The notes under the pieces were generated by a model. The model made no database searches, was not told where the DNA came from, and was given only the letters and a program-made list of their open reading frames with translations. Made by a program: the position numbers and the translations under genes. Shown here piece by piece: positions 8,252 through 17,324 of a DNA stretch of 37,568 nt. Position 1 is the first letter of the stretch, and every line of letters starts with the position of its first letter. The stretch is from a virus (Duplodnaviria > Caudoviricetes), in IMG/VR virus record IMGVR_UViG_3300018031_000015, positions 1-37,568 of that record. One strand, written 5' to 3'.

Positions 8252-10578
8252 CACACCGGCCCTCCGTTCGGTCGCGGCTGGGACATCTTGAACTGCTGCG
8301 CGGCCTGGCGCTCGCGCGTTCGGTTGGCCATGTCGGACTGCTTCATGGCGTGCTGCGCCATCAGCATGTCGGCCTTCTGGCGCTCGAGCTGCATGTCCTG
8401 CTGGCTCTGGATCATCTTGGACTGGTGCAGCTCGCGATCGTGCATCGCCTCCTGGTTGGTACGCTGCGCCTCGACCTGCTGCTCACCCTGCTTGGCGCCA
8501 AGCTTCATCTTCTCGATCGCCTGCGCGTTCATCAGCTCCCACTGCTTGTGCTGGTCCTTTTGCTTCAGCTCGGCCTGCTTCATCGCAATGTCCGCCTCGT
8601 TCTTCTGCTTGGCGGTGTCCTGCTTCATCTGCTCGATCTGCAGCTGGATCTTACCCATCGCGGTGGTAGGATCGTCACCCTTGCCGGCGGCGCCCTTTTG
8701 CTTCATCTGCTCGACCAGCTCGTCGATGGTGCCATCGAGTGAGCGGCCGGCGCGGAACGGCGCCACGCTGAACTTGAGCATCTCGCCGCAGAACGGCGCA
8801 GTCGCGGGATCCGCGGTGATCATCTGCGCCAGCTGCGGCAACAGCCCGCCGAGCATGGTGACGAACTCGGTGCGGCGCTGCTTCTCGGCGTTCTCGTCCG
8901 CCATGATGGTGCTGTCGGTTTCGATATCGAGAACGAAACTCTTGGCACGGCTGTCTTTTAAGAATTTCAGCACCTGGTCGATCGTGGGCTGATCCTTGAT
9001 CTGCTGCAGCTGCTGGGTGACGGCCTGCTGCAGCTGCTGCAACTGCGCCTGCGGGTCCGGCGGCGGCTGCGCAGGGTCTTGCGACGGTGGCGCGCTCTGC
9101 GACTGTTGCATGATCTGCTGCGCGGACTGCTTGGCCTGCTCGAGCACCTGGGCGGCCTGCTGCTCCAGCGCCTTCTTGGTCGGCAGCTGCGTCTGGCTCA
9201 TCTCGATAATGGTTTCGTCGGCGAACTTCTCGGTGATGATCTCGCTAGTTATCTCGACGAGGTCGCGCGCCAGGCGGACCATCTCCTGCTGCTTGTCGCG
9301 GATCCTGGTCGAGCCGTACTGCGTCTTGAGCTGCTGCGCGCCCAGTGTCTCATTTGGATCGGTGGCGCCGCGCATGATGTCGGACAATCCCATGATCTGG
9401 TAAATGTCCTCGATGATTTGTTTTCTTAAGGTGACCAGCTGCACGATCGTGGTCGCTATTTGGTCGATCGGCATCCATATGATGATTTCCTTCGAGCCGC
9501 CGAAGGCGGCCCAATTACTGATCGGCACCATGGTCACGCCTGGCGACTTGATCGAAATCGCGGTCTGCATCGCCTCCGCAACCTCGGCGCCGCCGGCGGG
9601 GTAGAAGCCTTTCACTTCCACCGCATCGGACAGTGCGTGGATGCGCCCCGTCAGCAGATTGATCTCGTCGAGCTGATCGCGGTACTGCATCACGTCTGGG
9701 ACAGGGATCAACGAGCCCCGCTGCACCGTGCCGTAGGCAGGCTTGGGGCACGGGAAAAAGTTTTGCAGCTCGAGATGCGGGTCGCTCTCGTCGAGGATGT
9801 CCTCGCAGCCGTGCGCGACCCATAAGACGCGGCGATCGCCCTTCGACCAGATCTCCCAAAACTTCGCACGCTCGCGCGCATCGGCACCGCCGACCTCCTT
9901 GCTGTCCTTGTCGACCTTGTACTCGGCGTCCTGATAGGCGTTGCCTGAGTGCTTGTGAAAGCGATCGCGGGCCTCGGTACGCGTCAGGTAGCTGGCGCCG
10001 GCGACCCACGTCACCTCGCGCCAGTTGCGCGAGATCGAGTGCAGGAAGTCGCGACGGCCCTTGAAGTCGACGCAGACGCGCTCGCTGTCGTAGTAGGCCT
10101 CGCGGTCCTTGCCGCTCTCGTAGCGGCACCAGGCGACGCCGCGGCTGGTCATGCTGAGATCATCGCGCACCAGCAGCATCAGATCATTGATGCGAGTTAA
10201 GTCGAACGCGACGTTGCAGCACCGCTCCATCACTTCGCTAGCTTGCTGATAGACCGGCCGGCGGTCCTTAAATTTAGGCACGACAACAGGGATGGGCGGC
10301 TTGGCGTAGATGCTCGGCTTCAACACCTCGCAATTGGCCCAAAACATCTGGAACTGGCGATCGCGGCCGATGCGGCCTTCCTGACTGGAGGACAGCTGCT
10401 CGAGATTGGCGTAGAGCTTGTCGATCTTGTCGCAGTGATCCTGCCAGCTCTCGAAGGCGTCCTCGCTCTCGAGCAGGAGGTTGAGCCAGGCCTTCGAGCT
10501 CTTGGGCTCGACACCAGGATTATATTCCGCATCCTCGGAACGCAGGTCGGCCTCGTCTGGCTTGTCGAACTCAGCCAT
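8251..10578 (-). CDS. Portal protein
   Basis: Start re-called at ATG 10578 (MAEFDKP), about 775 aa, follows terminase, FFPCPKP and ETLGAQQLK motifs, long Q-rich C-terminal coiled coil as in P22-like portals. Confidence 0.85.
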   Translation of the reverse strand: MAEFDKPDEADLRSEDAEYNPGVEPKSSKAWLNLLLESEDAFESWQDHCDKIDKLYANLEQLSSSQEGRIGRDRQFQMFWANCEVLKPSIYAKPPIPVVVPKFKDRRPVYQQASEVMERCCNVAFDLTRINDLMLLVRDDLSMTSRGVAWCRYESGKDREAYYDSERVCVDFKGRRDFLHSISRNWREVTWVAGASYLTRTEARDRFHKHSGNAYQDAEYKVDKDSKEVGGADARERAKFWEIWSKGDRRVLWVAHGCEDILDESDPHLELQNFFPCPKPAYGTVQRGSLIPVPDVMQYRDQLDEINLLTGRIHALSDAVEVKGFYPAGGAEVAEAMQTAISIKSPGVTMVPISNWAAFGGSKEIIIWMPIDQIATTIVQLVTLRKQIIEDIYQIMGLSDIMRGATDPNETLGAQQLKTQYGSTRIRDKQQEMVRLARDLVEITSEIITEKFADETIIEMSQTQLPTKKALEQQAAQVLEQAKQSAQQIMQQSQSAPPSQDPAQPPPDPQAQLQQLQQAVTQQLQQIKDQPTIDQVLKFLKDSRAKSFVLDIETDSTIMADENAEKQRRTEFVTMLGGLLPQLAQMITADPATAPFCGEMLKFSVAPFRAGRSLDGTIDELVEQMKQKGAAGKGDDPTTAMGKIQLQIEQMKQDTAKQKNEADIAMKQAELKQKDQHKQWELMNAQAIEKMKLGAKQGEQQVEAQRTNQEAMHDRELHQSKMIQSQQDMQLERQKADMLMAQHAMKQSDMANRTRERQAAQQFKMSQPRPNGGPV

Positions 10579-10753
10579 CGGCTTTCTCCGCGTGTTCGGC
10601 TTCCTCGTACTCGTCGACCATCGCCTGCAGCAGCGACGCCGTGTTGCGCATGACGTCGGCGATGCGGCCGTTGCCATACTGCTCCATCGCGCGGACGCAG
10701 TGACCGAGGTCGCCGATCATCTTGTGCGCGAGGTCGATCTGCGCCTTGGTCAT
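10571..10753 (-). CDS. Hypothetical protein
   Basis: 60 aa, overlap-coupled between terminase and portal. Confidence 0.55.
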   Translation of the reverse strand: MTKAQIDLAHKMIGDLGHCVRAMEQYGNGRIADVMRNTASLLQAMVDEYEEAEHAEKADG

Positions 10754-10881
10754 GCCTTGGCCCCGCCCTTGTCTAGGATGTTAGCGAGCGCGCGCAGCGT
10801 ATCCGCATGCGTGACGCGGCCCTCGCGGTGCGCCGCATCGGCCATCTTGCGCAACTCCGCGGCTTGCTGCTTGCCTGTCAT
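10750..10881 (-). CDS. Hypothetical 43-aa protein
   Basis: Read by hand: MTGKQQAAELRKMADAAHREGRVTHADTLRALANILDKGGAKA, ATGA overlaps at both ends. Confidence 0.55.
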   Translation of the reverse strand: MTGKQQAAELRKMADAAHREGRVTHADTLRALANILDKGGAKA

Positions 10882-12263
10882 AAGATAATCCCCCGTCGCT
10901 GCCGCACCTCACCAGGCGGCGGGATCCGCCAACCGTCCAGCTTCGGCGCCTTGACGACGCGCAGCGGCGCCGGCCGCCAGCTCATTGCCATATAGCGTGC
11001 AGCGTCAGCGGGGTGTGACGTCCAGTCATGCACCGCGCTCGCGCGGAAGGCTTTCTTGTCATCGTCCCACTCGCGCCTGTACTGCTCGAGCGCGGAGATG
11101 CCGCCCTCCTCGCAGCGTGGATGGAAGGCGCACAGCGGCAGCATGCGACGCACGGCGTTGATGCCGTCATCGATCGTCGCCCAGGGCACCATTTGCGGCT
11201 TGAGGCCGAGCGCCAGCATGGTTTCGACACGCGTCCTCCCGCTTCCGAGCTCCTTCACCTTGGCGTCGTGCGGCACCCAGTCGGTGCCGTGCTTCCAGCC
11301 GTGCTCGTTGTGGCGGCGCTCGATCTCGTCGCGCCAGCCTTCAAGGCTGCGCCCCGACGTCGCGACATGGTCAAGAACGTAAAGCTGCGCGCCGTTGCTT
11401 TGCGCGAACCATATTGATGTGTCGTCACCGATACCAAGATCCCAATAGCGATCGACCGGCCGGGCGGGATCAGCCACGACTTCCTCACTGATACGTCCCT
11501 CCTCGCGCACGTGCCTCATCTCGATCGCGTAGAAACTGCCGAGTACGCTTGCGGTGAAGCTGCACATCAGCTCGCTCTCGTACATCGCGCGGCCGGCGTC
11601 CTCGCCGTATAGCGCGATGTACTCGCTCAAGGCTTCGGCAAGAGCCGCGTGTGAGAGAGCACCAGTATCTCCGGCGGTGAGGATCTCGGCGAACCATCCT
11701 GGGGTTCGCTGCGCATGCTGAAACGTCGTGAGTAAATGATTGCGTCCGCGGGGAGTAGAGATGAAGCACGCCCAGCCATCGTTCTCCTCAAGGATCGGCC
11801 TGTAGTAGCCCCAGGCCGACGGATTGGCGAGGGCGTACTCACTGAAGACGATGCCGGCGGTGCTTGAGCCGATGCCGCCGCCGTGGGTGACGCTGTCGCT
11901 TCCAACGCAGGACCAGGTACTTCCATTGATGAACTTGATCTGCATGTCGTTATCGCGCGTGCTGGCGCGAATGGCTTGTGGAAAAGCCTCATCGATGCGC
12001 TTCCTTCCGGTGTGTGGATTGACGCTGTCCCATATCGCGCGGCGGGCCATGCCGAACTCCGGCAACATATGCCAGTAATTCGCGCGGCGCCGCATCGCGG
12101 CGTAGGCGCTGTAATGCAACAGCACTTCATCCTTGCCGGCGCGTCGGTGCCAGACCGCGACCGCGCGTTTGCCGCCGCCGACTAAATAGTCCCAAAGCTT
12201 TTCTTGATGAGGGCGCGCTTCCCATCCATCTGCAGGCAGCTTGATGTTAACGCGCGCGTTCAT
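10878..12263 (-). CDS. terL: Terminase large subunit
   Basis: Q-motif RPHQ, Walker A WHRRAGKD, Walker B IVFSE, FISTPRG, nuclease YWDLGIGD and SHPADAARY. Confidence 0.93.
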   Translation of the reverse strand: MNARVNIKLPADGWEARPHQEKLWDYLVGGGKRAVAVWHRRAGKDEVLLHYSAYAAMRRRANYWHMLPEFGMARRAIWDSVNPHTGRKRIDEAFPQAIRASTRDNDMQIKFINGSTWSCVGSDSVTHGGGIGSSTAGIVFSEYALANPSAWGYYRPILEENDGWACFISTPRGRNHLLTTFQHAQRTPGWFAEILTAGDTGALSHAALAEALSEYIALYGEDAGRAMYESELMCSFTASVLGSFYAIEMRHVREEGRISEEVVADPARPVDRYWDLGIGDDTSIWFAQSNGAQLYVLDHVATSGRSLEGWRDEIERRHNEHGWKHGTDWVPHDAKVKELGSGRTRVETMLALGLKPQMVPWATIDDGINAVRRMLPLCAFHPRCEEGGISALEQYRREWDDDKKAFRASAVHDWTSHPADAARYMAMSWRPAPLRVVKAPKLDGWRIPPPGEVRQRRGIIL

Positions 12264-12490
12264 CGTTGCTCCACGCCGCAGTTACACTTGCCGATCGGCA
12301 GCGCCGGAGCGTTATGCACGGCGCAATACGACGCGTGCTCGGCGGTCTTGCACGCCTCGCACTGACAGCGCGTGTTCTCCAGCTCCTCGATACGATCGGC
12401 GAGCTGCCCGTACAACGCGCCAGTTGATAGGCGATCGTCGCGCTGCGCTGCGCGCGCACGATCGACAAGTTGCTCACGCGTGAACGGCAT
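12260..12490 (-). CDS. Hypothetical protein with Cys/His cluster
   Basis: CQCEAC..H..YCAVH..CNC, ATGA overlap with terL. Confidence 0.55.
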   Translation of the reverse strand: MPFTREQLVDRARAAQRDDRLSTGALYGQLADRIEELENTRCQCEACKTAEHASYCAVHNAPALPIGKCNCGVEQR

Positions 12491-12499
12491 CACTCGTCC

Positions 12500-12778
12500 T
12501 CATTTCTTTTTCGCTCGCTCTGCCATCATGTCGCGCAAGATGATGTTCACCTCGCCCTCGATTTTATTTTCGGTCGGCTGATTGGGCTTGCCCCAGCCGC
12601 GGTCAAGGATCATGCCAATCGCGCGGATCTGGATCTCGGGATCGACAGTGCTCTTGCCGTCCGCGTCAGGCTGCGCCGTGGCCCACGCGCCGAGCGTTTG
12701 CACGCTCTTGGCTGTGTAGCTACGCGCCAGCGAACCCAGATCGAGGTCATTAACGCTTTTTCGTTTGGGTGTAGTCAT
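12500..12778 (-). CDS. Probable terminase small subunit
   Basis: 92 aa upstream of terL, LARSYT..SVQTL and AIGMILDRGWGKP motifs. Confidence 0.6.
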   Translation of the reverse strand: MTTPKRKSVNDLDLGSLARSYTAKSVQTLGAWATAQPDADGKSTVDPEIQIRAIGMILDRGWGKPNQPTENKIEGEVNIILRDMMAERAKKK

Positions 12779-12942
12779 GTAGACGGGGGTACCCCTCCCT
12801 GTTCCAGCCGCCAGACACGCTCCTCCAGCGGCTCTAGCTCGGCGTCGATCGCTGCGATCATCGCCATCAGGTCGCGCTCCAGTTCGGCCCGCACCTCGGC
12901 TTGGCGAGCTGCGATCAACGCCTCGATTTTCATGCCGCTCAC
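12775..12942 (-). CDS. Short coiled-coil hypothetical protein
   Basis: GTG 12942 or ATG 12933 start, ATGA overlap with the terS candidate. Confidence 0.45.
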   Translation of the reverse strand: MSGMKIEALIAARQAEVRAELERDLMAMIAAIDAELEPLEERVWRLEQGGVPPST

Positions 12943-12960
12943 ATGACGACCCCCGAACGC

Positions 12961-13000
12961 AAAAAAGCGCGTATGCCGGAACATACGCGCTTTTGGTTTT
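12961..13000 (-). terminator. Intrinsic terminator, possibly bidirectional
   Basis: AAAAGCGCGTATG-CCGGAA-CATACGCGCTTTT perfect hairpin with U-tracts on both strands. Confidence 0.7.
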
Positions 13001-13133
13001 GACCGTCTAGCCCTAGTAGGATCTGGGCCTTGGACGTGGCACCAGTGGTTTCGTATGCCGGAACATACGCGCTTTTGGTTTTGCCTGTCTAGCCCTAGTA
13101 GGATCTGGGCCTTGGACGTGGCACCAGTGGTTT
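12970..13133. repeat. 82-bp tandem direct duplication (2 mismatches)
   Basis: 12970-13051 vs 13052-13133, differing only at GACCG/GCCTG. Confidence 0.95.
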
Positions 13134-13328
13134 GGTCCGGTGCGCGATCATGCAGCCGAGCAGCAGGACGACCGGCACCGGGATCTCGCGCTCGCCACGC
13201 AGGTGGCGGCGCATCGACCGCGCCGACATCCCGAGGTATCTGGCTGCCGCCGCGGGCTTCATGCCGAGCGCCCTGATGGCGCTCGCGAGCTGCTCGGACG
13301 TCATGCTGCGGGTGTGCTGCCAACTCAT
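13095..13328 (-). CDS. HTH DNA-binding protein
   Basis: Start at ATG 13328 with SD AAGGGG, MTSEQLASAIRALGMKPAAAARYLGMSARSMRRHLRGEREIP is an XRE-like HTH. Confidence 0.8.
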   Translation of the reverse strand: MSWQHTRSMTSEQLASAIRALGMKPAAAARYLGMSARSMRRHLRGEREIPVPVVLLLGCMIAHRTKPLVPRPRPRSY

Positions 13329-13372
13329 GGACTTCCCCTTTTGAACGGTGATGGACGTTTGAAATTCCAAGG

Positions 13373-13451
13373 GGACCATCGGTCCGGCTCCGTGTCAACA
13401 AAAAATAATTGAAGAACACCCATTGACGCGGACCAATGGTCCGGCTATGTA
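13373..13451 (+). promoter_or_regulatory. Sigma70-type promoter with two palindromic operators
   Basis: TTGACG(13423)-N17-TATGTA(13446), GGACC-N3-GGTCC-GGCT at 13373 and 13430. Confidence 0.65.
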
Positions 13452-13487
13452 TGCGTTACCGGAATTAACCGGGCAGGAGCCATCACG

Positions 13488-13817
13488 ATGACCAACCTCA
13501 CCGCCACGATCGACGCCTACGCCGCACTGAAGTCCGAGATCGGCCGCCTCGAACTCCGCAAGAAGGAACTGGAAGCCGCGCTGGCCGACCTCAAGGCCGG
13601 TGCCTACGAGAGCGCGGATTACCGGCTGACGATCTCGGACGTGGCCGGGACCAAGCCCGACGACAAGCTCGGCGCCGAGATCAAGGCCGTGCTCAAGCAG
13701 GCCGAGGCGGACTACCGTGCGACACTTTCGCATCAGTATGTTGCCGCGCACACCGTGCCGACGCTGGTGCGCCGCCATCTGGTCGGCCTGCCGACCGGCA
13801 AGAACCTCGCCGCCTGA
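13488..13817 (+). CDS. Hypothetical early protein
   Basis: 109 aa, SD AGGAG, high GC at third codon positions. Confidence 0.75.
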   Translation: MTNLTATIDAYAALKSEIGRLELRKKELEAALADLKAGAYESADYRLTISDVAGTKPDDKLGAEIKAVLKQAEADYRATLSHQYVAAHTVPTLVRRHLVGLPTGKNLAA

Positions 13818-13843
13818 CCCCTCACACCTGAAGGAACCCAACC

Positions 13844-14080
13844 ATGTTCGACGTCGAGATTACCTACCCCACCATGATAGGCCGCCTGCGCGTCACCATA
13901 ACCAACGCCGAAACCGTGGCCACCCGCGAGGAAGCCAGCGAGCTGCGCGAGGTGCTGCGCGCCATCCCCGAGCTGGCCAACGCCAGCTTCAGGATCAAGA
14001 ACGCCAAGCCGGCATCGACCGTGGACGAGGCGCTGGAGCGCTTTCAGGCCGAACTGAAGCGCTTCCCCGTCCGGCGCTGA
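13844..14080 (+). CDS. Hypothetical early protein
   Basis: 78 aa, SD AAGGA. Confidence 0.7.
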   Translation: MFDVEITYPTMIGRLRVTITNAETVATREEASELREVLRAIPELANASFRIKNAKPASTVDEALERFQAELKRFPVRR

Positions 14081-14142
14081 AACCCCCACAGGCGGCCGCT
14101 CTGGCCCGCCTGACCCCCTCCCAACCCACTAGGAACCATCAC

Positions 14143-14313
14143 ATGACCATCATCTCCGACCGCCAGATCCTCCACCCCGTCGCCTTCGCCCGCGGTCCCC
14201 GCATCACCCGCGAGCAGATCGTCGAGATCAACGGCGTCCGCTTCGCCTGCCACTACTGGCACGACGCCGCCGGGAACCTCGTCAAGGTCGATAGCCGCCC
14301 GGTGCAGGCATGA
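14143..14313 (+). CDS. Hypothetical 56-aa early protein
   Basis: ATG 14143 with SD AGGA (MTIISDRQIL), ATGA overlap with next gene. Confidence 0.65.
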   Translation: MTIISDRQILHPVAFARGPRITREQIVEINGVRFACHYWHDAAGNLVKVDSRPVQA

Positions 14314-14774
14314 GCGACACCGCCAAGTTCACCACCGTCGCCGCCGCCCGCGCCTTCCTGCTCGGCGGCAACGCCACGGTCACCTTGGTTTCGACCAAGA
14401 CCGGCACCCGCTTCACCTACAAGATCCGCGCCAATGACGAGGGCGATGTGTTCTTCGTCTCGCTGCTGTCCGGCCCGGACAACGAGAGCGACTATTCCTA
14501 CCTCGGCCGCATCGACCCCTTCGGCCGCTTCTGGGCCGGTCGCCGCACACCCAAGCCCGGTGACGTCGGCCCCGACGCGCCCTCCTCCAAGGCGTTCGAC
14601 CGGGTATGGAGCCTCGTTCGGAACGACGTCCTGCCCGCCACGCTGGAGATCTGGCACGAAGGCCGCTGCGCACGGTGCAATCGCAAGCTGACCGTGCCGT
14701 CCTCGATCGAGAGCGGCTTCGGGCCGGAGTGCGCGGGCAAGGTCGGGTTCAGCGCCAGCTGGGCGGGCTTTTAA
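14310..14774 (+). CDS. DUF6011-like Zn-finger protein
   Basis: C-terminal GRCARCNRKLTVPSSIESGFGPEC. Confidence 0.75.
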   Translation: MSDTAKFTTVAAARAFLLGGNATVTLVSTKTGTRFTYKIRANDEGDVFFVSLLSGPDNESDYSYLGRIDPFGRFWAGRRTPKPGDVGPDAPSSKAFDRVWSLVRNDVLPATLEIWHEGRCARCNRKLTVPSSIESGFGPECAGKVGFSASWAGF

Positions 14775-14797
14775 GCCTGACCCCCACCCTTACACTG

Positions 14798-14827
14798 AAA
14801 AGGCGCGGCGAGAGCCGCGGCTTTTTT
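14798..14827 (+). terminator. Intrinsic terminator
   Basis: CGCGGC-GAGA-GCCGCG hairpin followed by GCTTTTTT. Confidence 0.7.
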
Positions 14828-14838
14828 GCATGGCTTGC

Positions 14839-14958
14839 CGCCCGTGCCGCCCGTGACGCCCGTGGTCCGCTATTGTCCCATATATCCACCCTAATTGCTC
14901 TTTATCCATTACCTTGACGAGAAGTATAAAACCACGGGCGACACGGGCGGCACGGGCG
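14839..14958. other. Putative replication origin: inverted iteron arrays around AT-rich core
   Basis: 3x CGCCCGTG (14839-14864) and 3x CACGGGCG (14933-14958) flank a 64-bp AT-richer spacer, next to the primase-helicase stop. Confidence 0.6.
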
Positions 14959-14972
14959 ATACAGGTAAACTG

Positions 14973-17324
14973 TTACCATTTTTGGCCTGAAATTTCTTCC
15001 TCGCGCTTTTTCACGGCGGTGGCGGCGGCGTAACGTTGTCCGTAGTCCAATGTCTTTTTCACATAGATCATCTGTCCCTTGCCGTTGATCTTCCACCTCC
15101 CGTCTGTCGCGTCGACGTTCCTGACCGGCACATAACCACAGTCATCCAGCCGCCTCGGCACGTTCCGCCGGTTCTTCAGGTCACGCATCCACTCGGATAA
15201 TTCGACGTCCACCTTGGTCATCAATAGCGGGATGGTGAGCGCATCCGGGTTGCCCAGCGCCGCGAGGGCATCCCTGAACCCCGGCTCCTCGGCCGGCCGC
15301 CCGGTGTCCACCATCCGCCAGAAGGCAGGCGTCTTTTCCGGTGGTGCCTTGGCATCGAACAAACTGAGGTCATAGCCCGCCAGAAAGGCCACGACGTCGT
15401 CGACCCCTCCGCCTGCGTACCAGTCCCAGATCCCGGCGAAGTAGCCCTCCTCGAACGACGCCTGTGTGGCCTCCGAGCCGCAGACGTAGTGCCTGCGGTC
15501 GTCCGGCGGCAGGTACAGCCCGTCCGCCGGGTAGTTGGTCGTGAACACCACCGCCGTGACGTTCGGGACGTAGAATTGCGGCAGGTACTTGACGTTGACC
15601 CGCACCATGTCGGGCGGGGCGGCGATCATGGTCTTGGTCGCCTCGTAGAACGAGTAGCGGTTGGTTTCGCCGAGATCCCGCGTCTCCGACACGCGCAAGA
15701 CCACCGACTGCATGAAATCGTTGTTGTTTCCGGTGACGTCCTGCGGCGAGATCTCGCGGAAGTTCCACTCGCCGACGCCCCGCTTCAAGGGTTCGAGCAA
15801 CGTGTCCTTGCCGATGCCGGGGCAGCCGGTCAGCACCAAGGCATGGTTGATCTTTTCGGCTGGCCGCTGGATGCGGTGCGCGCAGAACGCCAGAATGTGG
15901 TCGACATGGTCAGGATAGATCCGGCCGATCAGGCGCAGCCACGGAGCGGCTTTGGAGGCGTCGCCCAACCCGCGCACCGGCGCGCGGTATTTGTTGAACA
16001 CGGCCACGCCTTCCTTTTCTATCCAGCCGCCGTCCGCCGCCAGCAGTCCGTGGATAAGCTGCGGCTTGCCGGGCACCCATGTCATCTGCCAGACACCCCT
16101 GTTGCGATCGAGCCACAGGTAGGCCGGTATGGTGATTTCCACGCCGTCCTCATCCGCGCCGACCGCTACCCTTGCCACCGTGGTATTGACGCCTGATTGC
16201 AGCCACATCGCCCCGTCGTGGCGACAGATGTACTGGTGGGAGGGCAGGAAGGCATAAAAATCGTCCACCGTGGGCTGCGCCGGGAACAGCGCCGCCACGT
16301 CGATGTCGACACCCGCGTCCGCGGCAGCGCCCCGGATCGCCTCGGCCACGTCCTCGGTGTCCGGGCTTGTCGTCACATCCGCCGGGTAATGCCGGGCCGC
16401 CGTCTTCCAGTCCTTGACTACGGCGCAGTCGTATCGCCGCGACCAGAACACCGAGCAACGGTCTGGCGTCGACGATTGTTCGCCCGCGATGAAGTTAGCT
16501 GTGCAGCGTAAGTCGGGAACGGTCTGCGCGAGCAGTTCGAGTTCGTCGTAGGATACCTGCTCGCCGCCGAGCACCTCGAACCGCGACGTTACACGATCGA
16601 TGTCATAGACGTCGCTTCCTTCTCCGTCGCCCTCGTCGAAGCCGGTGATGCGGACCCATCCTCTCGCCTCCGCAAGCTGCTCAAAGTGGTTTAACAGCGC
16701 GTAGCCCTGCGCCTTCGACACGGGCGGCAGGTCGGCCAAGTCTATCTCATGCAAAGCGGGCGCGCCTTCGGCCCATACATAGGAGCTGTTTACCGCGCCG
16801 TTCTCGTTGTAGGCCCGCGGTCCGTAGCAAGCAAATTGCCGCGAGCAAACGCCGCTTCTAAAGGGCTTGCCGCCAAATATCTCTACGGTGTGGTACTTCT
16901 CCGGCGGGTCGTTTGCCCGGTGGTATTTGTGTGCCCAGATGCGGGTAAACGTCTCCCCGTCCACCCGGCAGAACAGGGCTATCTTTTCGCCCCCGCCGTA
17001 GCGCGCCGGGGCCAGCGCCCACGCCAGCGGCGCGATGGTCTCCAGCGCCGCGATCAATTCGGCCACCACGCCGATGTCATCCACGTCGATGTCGATGACG
17101 AGCAGCCCGTTCTCGATGCGAACGCCAGTCGACGCCGCCCGCGAGAACCGTTTCTCCCAGCTGGTCACGCGTTGTTTCTGTGTGCCGCGTGGCCCGTCCG
17201 AGATCTGGCTGGCGACGTAGTCTGTTGCGTTCCAGCCGGTGATTGCCGGAACTTTGCCATGGCAGGGGATGATATGGTAGCCGCGGGCGAGTAGTTGCAG
17301 ACGCAGTGATGTCGTGTCGTTCAT
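14973..17324 (-). CDS. Primase-polymerase / SF3 helicase (DUF5906-like) fusion
   Basis: Start re-called at ATG 17324. Prim-pol GYHIIPC.GK.P...GW and VIDID motifs, Walker A GCPGIGKD, FTTN, DDRRH. Confidence 0.85.
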   Translation of the reverse strand: MNDTTSLRLQLLARGYHIIPCHGKVPAITGWNATDYVASQISDGPRGTQKQRVTSWEKRFSRAASTGVRIENGLLVIDIDVDDIGVVAELIAALETIAPLAWALAPARYGGGEKIALFCRVDGETFTRIWAHKYHRANDPPEKYHTVEIFGGKPFRSGVCSRQFACYGPRAYNENGAVNSSYVWAEGAPALHEIDLADLPPVSKAQGYALLNHFEQLAEARGWVRITGFDEGDGEGSDVYDIDRVTSRFEVLGGEQVSYDELELLAQTVPDLRCTANFIAGEQSSTPDRCSVFWSRRYDCAVVKDWKTAARHYPADVTTSPDTEDVAEAIRGAAADAGVDIDVAALFPAQPTVDDFYAFLPSHQYICRHDGAMWLQSGVNTTVARVAVGADEDGVEITIPAYLWLDRNRGVWQMTWVPGKPQLIHGLLAADGGWIEKEGVAVFNKYRAPVRGLGDASKAAPWLRLIGRIYPDHVDHILAFCAHRIQRPAEKINHALVLTGCPGIGKDTLLEPLKRGVGEWNFREISPQDVTGNNNDFMQSVVLRVSETRDLGETNRYSFYEATKTMIAAPPDMVRVNVKYLPQFYVPNVTAVVFTTNYPADGLYLPPDDRRHYVCGSEATQASFEEGYFAGIWDWYAGGGVDDVVAFLAGYDLSLFDAKAPPEKTPAFWRMVDTGRPAEEPGFRDALAALGNPDALTIPLLMTKVDVELSEWMRDLKNRRNVPRRLDDCGYVPVRNVDATDGRWKINGKGQMIYVKKTLDYGQRYAAATAVKKREEEISGQKW

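Noticed and set aside
12970-13133. Duplication as CRISPR array or DGR template/variable repeat
   Set aside because: Only two abutting copies, no spacers, no cas operon, no reverse transcriptase, mismatches not adenine-specific
12775-13419. 214-aa ORF in the ORF track
   Set aside because: It crosses the terminator, the duplication and the HTH gene. Only the last 55 or so codons look coding.
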